Positions 1 to 11,101 of a stretch of DNA of 64,000 bases are shown here, piece by piece. This DNA comes from Octopus bimaculoides. Taxonomy: Eukaryota. The stretch covers positions 5,740,169-5,804,168 of the forward strand of contig NC_068994.1 in the NCBI RefSeq assembly GCF_001194135.2, in the 5' to 3' direction. Both the position numbers and the translations under genes were made by a program. Numbering within the stretch: the first letter of the stretch is position 1; the number at the start of each line of letters is the position of its first letter. Under the pieces are notes generated by a model. That model was not told the origin of the DNA. It worked only from the letters and a program-made list of their open reading frames with translations, and made no database searches.

Positions 1-3000
1 ATATATATATATATATATACATGCACAGAGGGTTAGCAAAAAGTCATCTGACAGTAAATCAAAACCATTTATTTCCAAGAACGATTTACGTTTAACAACT
101 GAACGAATTTAGTAAAAGCGTCTAAATATGAAATATCATGAAAATTGTTCAAACTTAAGTCGTTCTTGAGCGACACCATTTTTACAAATGAATAAATAAA
201 ATTGAATAAGTATTTATGGAATTTTGATTTACTGTCGGCTGACTTTTGGCCATGCCTCTTGTTCCACAGGCTACTAAACTATGTGATAACTTCAGTGATT
301 TTAGACCATAATTTGAGTTTGGTTACACATTTCAGTTTTGGCATGATGCTATGTATTATTACATTACTAATTGTACATACGTATGTATGTATGTATGTAT
401 GTCCAGATATTCAACCAACAAATTTATAAATTTATTTATATTTTCTTCAAATTACAAATTAAACAGTAATAAAAAGTCACACCGAACCTGTTGGAATTTC
501 GACAACCATTTCTATGGTGTGTGTAAATACTATAAAAAGGACACAAAAAAAACGTCATTAAAAGAAAAAGAATCACGCACACAACAATAACATCGCTTAT
601 TTAGTGAACGAAACACAATTTGAATTTAACTCCACGAATGAACGTCGACATGCTAGAATTAGCTGTCAAATCTCCCTCAAAAAAATGCCCTATCGTCTGA
701 ATGAAAATAAAAAAATAAAAACATTTTAAAAACTGAAAACAAAAAAAGACAATGGATAATTAAATTAGTCATGAATACACAATGTCGGAAAATACAAAAA
801 GACGGTAGGGTCACGGTTGGAGCGCCTTTGTATACAAGTGTTCTTGATCGAGGCTGACCTGTGACTGAACAATTGTCCCTGTTTTATTTTTTTGTACTTT
901 TTTTACGAAGGACATTCGAAAGATTATTCTTTTTATTTTGTCTCAATTTATAATTTCTGTGAGTAAACCAGAATTTTTGTATATTTCTCTCTCAGTCTTC
1001 AGTTATTATCGATATTATTATTCTTATTATTATTGCTGTTGTTATTATTATTATATGCTTGACTTTTGCTTTGTATTTGTACAAGTTGGCATCAAGTCTC
1101 ACCCAGAGACCTCAAGAAACAACAAATTAGAAGTTCATGTTGGTGTTATGCCTAGGGTGCCATATATTTGGTTTTGTACATAGTATTGTTCTAGAGAATG
1201 TTTAAGAAAAAATAAGAAAATTATGTGTTTGTTTTAAAATTTGAGATTACATAGAAAGTATTTTGCGTTGGATATGGGCAGTTCCCAAGAGCACTATCTT
1301 TTGAATTTCTGCCATTTTGGGGTTTCTTTGTATCTGAGCTAGGCAGGAATCATTACTAGGTAGAATTCAGCCCCTTTTGCTATCAAGCTAGGTAGGAATC
1401 AGCCCTTTTTTAACTGATTTTTTTTTTAGTTAAGTAATTTAACAAAACAATTTAACTAATTAACTTACTGGGAAATCAATTATTGTGTGGTTTTGAAGGA
1501 CGATGAGTTGAGAGAATCGTGAGTGCGTCGGACAAATAACTTTGAGGCATATTTTTTTTATGGTTTTTTTTTTTACTTTCCGAGTTCAAATTTCACCGGG
1601 GTCAACTTTACTTTTCATCTTTGCAGGCCGGCGCGACAAAATAAAATAGCAATCAAGTACTAGGATCGATGTTATCGAACAGATTCCTCCCATCCCCTCA
1701 AAATCGCTGGCCTTATTCCTAAATTAGAAACCGTTAAAATACCATTGAGAAATAGCTACATCTGTTTTGTCTTTTTTTTTTCTGCCTCATTAGAATGAGT
1801 TAGTTGGTTAAAACAGATTGTTCGAGAAAAACGTTAGATTCTTATTGTTGTTGTTGTTGTCGTCGTTTTTGTTTAGCTTTGTTCTTGGAGACAAATGACC
1901 AAAAGCATTCCGGCTGTTACCATCCCGCCATTTTTATTTTTATCTTTCACAAACTTCACACTCCTAGAGAAGAAAAAATGAGCCACATCGATTTTAAGCA
2001 AATTTTATAACAACTTTCGTTTTTGCCTTTTTTGTTCTGCTTGTTTTGTTTTGTTCTTTTTTTTTTAGTTTTTTTTTATCTGTTTTGCAAGATTCTTCAC
2101 GTGAAATCGTAAATTGGAACAGATGTTGCTTATGTCTTGAGAGTGTGATTTTGCCAATAAGAGACTTACGTATTAAATCTAGTTTATTTCTTTTTTTTTT
2201 ATAATTTTTAGTCAACTAATGGCGGGGAGCGGGTAGAATCGATTGAGAGCGTCCACTGAAAAGAAAATGCTTCGTGGTATTTCTTCCGGTTCTTTATATT
2301 CTATGATCAAATCCCACCGAGGTCAACTTCGAATTTCATACATTCAGGATCGATAAAATGAAGCTTCATTGAAGTACAAAGGTCGACATTATCGACTAAC
2401 CCTCTCTTTTCACAATTGCTAGCCTTGTTCCTAAATTATAAACAATTTTGTAAGTTAACTAATTAACGAATCAAATAATCGATTGCCTAATTAATCAATC
2501 AGTAAGCTGGGTTATCAGAGCTCTTTCGCCTCCATTTGCGATCTCACCAAGACATGCTCTCGTTACTCCAGATCTGTTTCCATGCCTCCAAACCCCCTTC
2601 ACAATAATTATTTTATTATATTAATATTTCAGTTTCTCAAAGATGGTCATAGTTTGGAACTTTTTTTTCAGACATAATCATTCCCAAAATACGCTTAAAT
2701 ATTCTCTGTGAACCAAGACTCTGACGTGCTCAGAGTATAACTGTTACGGAGTTTTTCTCCAACAATTTATTTTTGTTCAATTCAGGCAGGAGTATTGCTT
2801 AGTTGAGAAATGACTTCCGAATTTCTTTTTTCCCGTAATCTTTAACAATCTGAGAAGTAATCCTTCTTTAACAGTTGACTATTCACATCTTATAAGCTCA
2901 TCTACATGCGCGCGTACACACACACACACACACACAAACCAACGAAAATAAAAGCATTGACAAATTATAGCATGAAGTAAATAACGAAAGATTACAAAAC

Positions 3001-4004
3001 CAAACCAAAAATCAACAACTATAGAATACTGACCAACCATCATGAAAAGGAACCAACATGAACATTTCAAGCAAAAATATATAAAAGAGAATATGTATAA
3101 AAGGTAAGAATGAGAAATTCTAAAGGTGAAAATCGCGAGTTTGGTAATTTAATGGTAAGAAGAATTAAAGAATAAAAAACAATAGAACGTTCTTCAATTT
3201 AACGAAAATACGTCCCAAGAACAAACATCAACGACAAAATAGCTACAACAATAAAAAATGCAAACTGGCCATCAGGAACTTAATCAAAACGGATGTGAAT
3301 GTTGTTATAATCAGGTTAAAGGAAATAGTTATGTGCATCATCCACTGTAGTTGCAAAGGAAAGTGGGAATTCCCTTGAATCTAGTCTTACAAGAATAGCA
3401 AATGGAAAACAGAGATGAAAAAGAAGGAAAAGAAAAGATCTCTCAACTCTGAATAAATTCGATAAGAAAACGACACGAATTAGAATGAAAGGAAAGAAAG
3501 ACACGAACGACAGAAATGAATATATCCGAAAAAGAAGAACGCTTGGAACGAGATTCTGACTAAATCGCCAAGAATCTGATTCTTTTGAACAAAACAAACA
3601 GTTCGATCGCATTCCAAAATGATTTTATCAGTACTTAGGCAGAAATGAAATAGAAAGCAATTCAGTGCCAACTGCAAGAGAAGCAGAAGAATTCTAGAGT
3701 AAGTTTGTTTTCTACGTTACCATTATAGTTAAGGTTTATATGCCGTAAAAAAAGCAGGTTGTAGATTAAATTTTAAGATCTGTTGTTTCTTTTGTGTTTT
3801 CCTCTCAGAGAATCATTTAGGTTCGCTGAAAAGGCATCACCAAAGACGAGATTGTTCAGAATAACGAAGAGATCTGAACAATCACAAGAGGCCATAGCAA
3901 CACCACAAAATAAGACGAGTGGGAGGCATCAGAAAACATTAAAATCCCAAACTTAATAGAGGTATTTATTATCTTATGGACATAAGTTGATGGCAGAACT
4001 ATTT

Positions 4005-4325
4005 AAGAAGATGCTGACAAAGTTGGTAAGTTGAGGGTTTAATTACACTGGAAATTACGCCAGCAGCATGAAATGCCTACTGCAAATATGTGGCATAAAT
4101 AAGATAGGAATTACAAATAGGCATACCTTGGAAACATACCAATCCATACAGGCAGAGAAATCAAAATGTATTCTCTGGCTATTGTTGTGAAATACGAACA
4201 GGAAAAGTCGTATTTCCTAATTGAAGTATTCGTTGTATCATGCAGACCTGAAAGAAACGGAGAAATTATACAAATATAAAGATCTCCAAATACTAGAATA
4301 TCGCTGGAATATGGAGACTGGAAAC
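4005..4325 (+). mobile_element. Decayed C-terminal fragment of an RLE-type (R4/Dong-like) non-LTR retrotransposon
   Basis: Across frameshifts and stops: DKVGK...LHWKLRQQHEMP, PIHTGREIK..IVVK..SYFLIEV (eroded PD..D restriction-like endonuclease motif), LKETEKLYKYKDL. Confidence 0.65.
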
Positions 4326-4854
4326 AGAAACGATCTTTCAGAGGAGAATTTTCTACTCTGCTTGGCGAAATTAAAAGTGTTTAACATATTTAGAAATAGA
4401 GAGAAGGACATACAAAAAAATAGACAGATTAGTGCCAGAGCGAAGGTTGTGACTATGGAAAAAGATATTTTCAATAGGGCTGAGGGCAAATATCTTAAGG
4501 GATTCTACTACATACTAGATACGTGTGAATAACAGAGGGAACAGAAATCAAAGACTCCCTTAAGGGGATTTAAAATCTAAAAACAAGAAGCAGGAGTGAT
4601 AAACCAAATAAGAATAGTTGAACAAAATTATTGGAGAATATAAACTAGGTGGATTGGAGTGGGTCTATTTTTTAAAATCAACTGACGAAAGACCTCCACA
4701 GTGAAGCACATACTACACAGCAAGACTAAGAATGATCAAAATTTTGGGGCAGGTAGTCAGTTTATCGACCCCGAAAGGATGAAAGGAGAAATTTGAACTC
4801 AGAACGTAAAAACACGAAATACCGCTAAGCTTTTCGCCCGGCGTGCTAACGTTT

Positions 4855-5090
4855 CTTATTTCTCAATCGCCCACAAGGGGCTAAACATAGAGGGGACAAA
4901 CAAGGACAGACAAAGGGATTAAGTCGATTACATCGACCCCAATGCGTAACTGGTACTTAATTTATCGACCCCGAAAGGAGGAAAGGCAATGTTAACCTCG
5001 GTGGAATTTGAACTCAGAACGTAACGGCAGACGAATTAACGCTAAGCATTTCGCCCGGCACGCTAACGTTTCTGCCAGTTTGCCGCCTTG
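4855..5090 (-). mobile_element. SINE family B copy abutting a second, older B copy (4745-4855)
   Basis: Nearly identical to 54263-54497. Confidence 0.85.
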
Positions 5091-6172
5091 GCCTTGTGCC
5101 TATATTGGAAATGCTATCCATGCCTCGTCTGTAAGGGGTGGTGGTGGTGGTGGTAGATGTGTAGCTTCATAGAATCTGTTCTTAGTATTGGTTCATATAT
5201 ACCAAACACCGCTTATCATCCTGTAACATTTACTTTTGGAACCATTGACCAATCAGCATCGAAGGATATTCTTTTATTGGCTTCAGCCCTAGGCTATAGT
5301 AGAAGACACTTGCCCAAGGTGCCACGAAGTGGGACTGAACCCGGAACCATGTGGTTGGGAAGCAAGCTTCTTACCACACAGCCACGCCTGCGCCTACATA
5401 TTTATTTTTCTATTATATTTCTTATTTTATTTTATATATTTATTTATGTGTCGTTCGAGGTTTATAAAATTTATGAACTTTTGGCAATAACAGATTAAGA
5501 CGCATAGGAAAGTTCAAAGTACGATAGATATTTTGGATATGACACTGTATTATGATTGGCGTACTTTATCACAAGTGTAGTGGAGAAACTAGCACAGCAA
5601 TGCTCGTTGTGCCAACGAGGGTACCTCTACGTGATTTTTCGACATGCTACAAATAGCAGCCAATTCTCCCTCAAGTCACATTTTATTGTCTTAGAAAAAA
5701 GGATGCACTATGAAGGACAGAAAAGACTGGTTCCTTATGGTTAGAGTTTCGCTTTATCATGGTGGACTTACTACATCTAAATAAAACACCAGCAACGCAT
5801 TAAGTACTCGGTGAACTGTGTCGGGAGGTACATGGCTTAGTGGTTAGTGTTGCAACATGATCGTAAGATTGTGGATTCGATTCCCATGCCGGGCGGTGCG
5901 TTGTGTTTTTGAGCAAAATACTTAATTTCACATCCTCTTTCATCCATCTTTTTGTGTCACTTGCCAGCCTCGTGCTTGGCCCGTAGCGTGGTGTTGTTGT
6001 TGTTGTTGTTGTTATTGTTGTTGTTATTGTTGTTGCTATTGTTGTTGATGTTGTTGCTGCTGTTGCTTAGCTCCAGCACATTTGTGATCAAAAGCGTTCC
6101 ACCTGTGACCATCCCGTCTTTTTACTTACATCTACGTCTCATTATCTAATTTGTCCAATGTCCGCTGATATG

Positions 6173-6248
<76 letters not shown>

Positions 6249-6767
6249 CTACATTCTATAACCTCTGGTATGCTCCAAGGTCATGTCACCTACATTTCTT
6301 TCTCTTATATATTAGCAATGTACTCACTGTCTCCTCTATCAACGATCACTCCTACGTAGATTATACCAGACGTCAATCCACCTTAACCATTGTCATACAG
6401 ACGTCATCGTCTACATGCCACATACCAGCCTTGTGTTAAATCTGCCCTGCTTTCATGAACAGAGAACCTCGAAAGCATTCGCCACCACCAATACAAAGAC
6501 ACCATCACTACACTCATCAAGGAATCAGTATGTTACCTCTCTCTCTCTCTCTACATCTCGCTTCTTCTCTTTCCCTCTTTCTCTCCCTCTCTCTTTTGTG
6601 CAGCACGTAACTAAGACACTCACAGTTGCTATAAATGCTAGACTCCAAATCATCTGAATATGTTTCCTGGTGGTGTTACATCCGTAACATCTCAAAAACT
6701 AACATTTGAAATCTTTCATCTCAAAGATAGCATCTCAAAAACTAAAGTCTCAAAGACTTACGTCTAA

Positions 6768-6962
6768 AAGATTGATATCTGGAAGATTAATATCTTAAAG
6801 ATTAACGTCTCAAAGACTGATATCTTGAAGATTGATATCTTAAAGATTAACGTCTCAAAGATTGATATCTTGAAGATTAATATCTTAAAGTTTAACGTTT
6901 CAAATAAGGCTATCTTGAAGATTAATATCTTAAAGATTAACGTCTTAAAGATTGATATCTTG
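6768..6962. repeat. 15-bp minisatellite, 13 units (AAGATTRAYRTCTYR), with a 45-bp higher-order period; decayed units from about 6724
   Basis: Units AAGATTAATATCTTA / AAGATTAACGTCTCA / AAGATTGATATCTTG cycle; the span is 195 bp = 13 x 15. Confidence 0.92.
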
Positions 6963-8071
6963 GTTCACTGATCTGCAAGACAAATTAGTTTAACTTCAGT
7001 TGACTCTCATTTACCTGCTGTTGCAAAAAAAAAAAAGAGGATTACACATAGGATTGGGAAAGGGCAGTTTGTGAAATGTTGAATAAATTCGTGAGGAGTA
7101 GAAAGTTTAACGTTTCGGGTTCCTGTCTTTCATCAGAAACGAAACGACAAATCAGCTATTACTGTCGTTATTTAGCCCCCACATCAACGTTGATCAATCA
7201 GTCCTATACACATTTCAACTATAACTAACCTATAGTTTTATTTGTTCTAGTATAATACATCGCAGGTTGCATGATCCAGTTTGTCTTATTATAAAGTAAG
7301 GGCTGGAGAATAATTAGCTGCTATTTCTAGTAGATTGGTCAACTGCATAGTGCCTCCTTTTATCCCTGTTTGGTTCGTCAATTCAAAATCATTCCATGTA
7401 GAAAGAAATCTTATAAATCTTAGAATATAACCCTTGACATTCTATATCGTTAATAAGCTTCAGAAATACTAGTTTGTTGCAAATACACTCCTTAAATTCT
7501 TATCAACACAAGAAAGTTATTTACCGCACTTTATAATTCTTACTGCGGAAAATAAAAGTTGATTCACCGAAGCCACTTCGACTCAAATAAATAAGAGTTT
7601 GATAAACCCTACTTTTAGAGTTTACAGAAAAATTCTATACAGTAAGAATGAATTCTCTGAGTTTTGTATTTTCTTGATTTATTACAAACTCAATTTCTAA
7701 GGCGCAAATTTGTTAAATGGAACGAATTTTGATTTATTTAACCGTCCCAGATCTGGCGGGGAGAGTAAAAACAAACAATATGGTGTTGTTATTCATGGTG
7801 TTGTTTGTTAGGCTTCGAATTGCTCCAGATCTTGTCTTCTAGTATAATTCCATTCACATTTGTGATGCGTTATAGGAATTAACTTTGGTTGTTGATTGAG
7901 AATTTATTTTATTGATCACGGAAGGATGAAAGCAAAGTTGACATCTGTTGAGTTTGAAATTTTAAAAAAAAAACACATAAAAAGTAGTAACTGTATAACA
8001 CAAGCATTTTGTCCGGCGCACTAACGATTTTGTCAATACAACACTGTCATTTCAATAATAATAATAATAAC

Positions 8072-8115
<44 letters not shown>

Positions 8116-8276
8116 TAATAATAATATGGGAAGTTAAGCAGTTGTGGTCGATGAAAAAGGTAGCAGTAGTACCAATAATTGTCGGAGCCCTGGTAACAGT
8201 GAGCAAAATGTAAGTGTTTAAGAGAGCGAGGATGAGATTGAGAGACAAAGAGGGAAGGAGAAAACAAAGACAATAT

Positions 8277-8381
8277 CTATACGTTATATACTAAAGGAGG
8301 TGGGTAGATCATGTTGTGAATATATAAAAGCAGAACCACCAAAACGGTCACATGGAATACTTTGTAAAACTGTAGCCATCT
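8277..8381 (-). pseudogene. Duplicated C-terminal fragment of the UGT (34 codons + stop), with 3'UTR homology extending to about 8194
   Basis: RWLQFYKVFHVTVLVVLLLYIHNMIYPPPLVYNV* versus the gene's RWLQYYKVFHVTVLVVLLLYIHNMIYPPPLVYDI*; 99/105 nt identical to 11102-11206. Confidence 0.9.
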
Positions 8382-8586
8382 AATAATAATAACGACAGCG
8401 CAGGTGATGACAGATATCGTAGAAACCGAAGTAAATCTCTTTTGATATTTAGATATATTTACTTTGTAGTCTCTGAATCAAAATGCTACAGGGGTCGACT
8501 TTGCTGTCATTTCTCCGGAGTTGATAACAATTCAGAAATCCTAAGGTCAAATGAATTTGGTTCACTTTACTATTACCTTCTGCCAC

Positions 8587-8937
8587 TGTGAAGACACGTG
8601 GCATGTGAAGGCGCATGGTATGTGAAGGCGCGTGGCATGTGAAGGGTGTAGCATGTGAAGGCGCATGGTATGTGAAGGCACGTGTCATGTGAAAGCACGT
8701 GGCATGTGAAGGGTGTAGCATGTGAAGGGTGTAGCATGTGAAGGCGCGTGGTATGTGAAGGCACGTGTCATGTGAAAGCACGTGGCAAGTGAAGGGTGTA
8801 GCATGTGAAGGGTGTAGCATGTGAAGGCGCGTGGTATGTGAAGGCGCGTGACATGTGAAGACGCGTGACATGTGAAGGGTGTAGCATGTGAAGGCGCATG
8901 GTATGTGAAGGCACGTGTCATGTGAAAGCACGTGGCA
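8587..8937. repeat. 16-17-bp minisatellite, 21 units (TGTGAAGGCRCGTGGCA)
   Basis: Units counted directly; recurring order GGTGTAGCA, GCGCRTGGTA, GCACGTGTCA, AAGCACGTGGCA. Confidence 0.93.
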
Positions 8938-9255
8938 TGTGAGGCACGTGGCTTAGTGGTTAGGGTGTTCGGCTGACCGTCGTAAGGTTCGATTCCCGGC
9001 GGCGCGTTGTGTCCTTGAGCAAGACACTTTATTTCACATTGCTTCAGTCCTCCAAGCTGGCAAAAAATAAGTTTTACCTGTAATACAGAGGGCCGACCTT
9101 GTCCCATTCTGTGTCATGCTGGATCTCCCCGAGAACTACGTTAAGGGTACACGTGTCTGTGGAGTGTTCAGCCGTATGGACGTTAATTTCACGAGCAAGC
9201 TGTTCCGTTGTTCGGATCAACTGAACCCCTTGTCGTCCTAACCGACGGAGTGCCA
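8938..9255 (+). mobile_element. tRNA-derived SINE family C
   Basis: Head GAGGCACGTGGCTTAGTGGTTAGGGTG...GGTTCGATTCCC (A/B boxes); body GAACTACGTTAAGGGTACACGTGTCTGTGGAG. Related copies near 5825-5930(+), 26860-27170(+), 52350-52510(-). Confidence 0.8.
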
Positions 9256-9662
9256 GTACATGCTACCAATAAGCATAAAGGTGGTTAATTCCATTGTATA
9301 AAATTTAAAGTTATTTCCCTTATCCTTTCCTTTTTTTTTATTATCAATGACTTATCGCACGTCTGGTCTTTTGAAGTTTTTCAATGACAAGTTTCCGTTC
9401 TGTCTCATATTGGATAGTTAGCACAGTAAATGCTATGCGATAGTTTTGACTACTTATGGATTACTGAGGACAATATACGGGAAATGTATTGTTGTCTGTC
9501 TTCTTACAAACAATACAACTATTGTGAAGGGCTGTGTGAGAGCTTTAAATGACGTCATATTCAGGCAAAGACGTTGATAGACTGGTGTGTATTTGTCTCG
9601 GTCAAAATCCATCTCTCTCTCTCTCTCTACTCCTTTCTAGATATATGTGTACATATGCACTC

Positions 9663-9711
<49 letters not shown>

Positions 9712-9783
9712 CTTTTACAGACGTACATATATATACATATACATACATTTGTATATACACACACTCACTCACACACACTCACT

Positions 9784-9825
<42 letters not shown>

Positions 9826-10652
9826 CGCATATATACGCATGCAAGATGAGGACAAATATCCGTCAAATGTAAATAATGTAAATAATGTACAATGGGACTA
9901 AATCAAATGTTTATGCTATACGAAAGCCGATTTATTGTTGCTCTTCATATTGCTGTAATTACTTTCTACTGGCGTGGCAGTTGTGTCTTTCATGCTACTA
10001 TCACAGTTTAATGTTAATGAATGGTAATAGTTTCGTCTCTTTTATCTATGATTTTGTTGATGAGGCGACGAGCTACTATTCTGACATAACATCAAATTGT
10101 TATTGTTATTGTTGTTGCTGCTGTTGGCCATTGCTATGACTGTAGTGTTATATACTTTGACTGCAAACGACAGTTTCAACTTCAAAATTATCCCCCCATT
10201 TTTTTCTTTTTTAATGGCCGACCGGAAAAGACGAAAGCGTGGAAGCCATCTTGGAAATTTTGATTTTTCAAAATTTTCTCCCGTGGAGTAAATAACTAAA
10301 GAAAGCGACCACTCCCTAACAGTTCTGGTCCGCTTCACAACAAAATAACACAATAGAATAATTAATAAATTACAACTTTCTGAAAAAGAAAACAAATCAG
10401 AGATTTACAGAGCTCCGAAAATACGTTCGGCTACAACAATGAACAACAGCAAAAACAACAACAACAACAACAATAATAATAATAATAATTTGGTACAAAT
10501 GTAAAGATAGAACACCTACAAAAATCATTCATTGCGAGAGTTCTCTTCTGGGTTCTTGAGGCACGATCAATAAGCAAGTGTCACCTTAGTCTGCGGGTTG
10601 TGAACACCTGACACTTTCCATCATATCCAGCAACATAAGCTGAGAGCTTTTC

Positions 10653-10721
<69 letters not shown>

Positions 10722-11101
10722 GTAATAATGATAATAATAATAATAACCACAAGACAGTAAAAGACATCATGTATTTATAGAATCGTGTAAAGTTATGGAA
10801 ACAATACCAATAGAAAATGTGTTTGGCTGCGTGTATTCTGTGGACACACCAGTATGCATGCTTCCCGATTGTGTCGGGTGAAAGGTTGGCTGTGTAAGCA
10901 AATATGTAAGAAAGTATTAATGTGCCTGTGTTAGCGAGTAGACATACAGTATAGGCTTGTGGTGGGGGAAATGGTGGTACATGTACGAGGGATGGGATTT
11001 AATGAACGGATGTTGGGTGAAGGCTAGTTAACAGTGAGTGCTTTAAGAGAGCGAGGATGAGATTGAAAGACAAAGAAGGAAGGAGAGAAGAAAGGCAATA
11101 T

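Noticed and set aside
3365-3374. Perfect NF-kB-type palindrome GGGAATTCCC
   Set aside because: A single 10-mer with no linked gene start in the window; cannot be distinguished from chance.
6768-8937. Regularly spaced repeats considered as CRISPR-like arrays
   Set aside because: Units are contiguous with no unique spacers, the context is eukaryotic, and there are no cas genes.
8449-9107. His/Cys/Thr-rich repeat ORFs that look like metal-binding proteins
   Set aside because: Readings of the 16-17-bp minisatellite plus SINE; the unit length is not a multiple of 3, so the frames drift.
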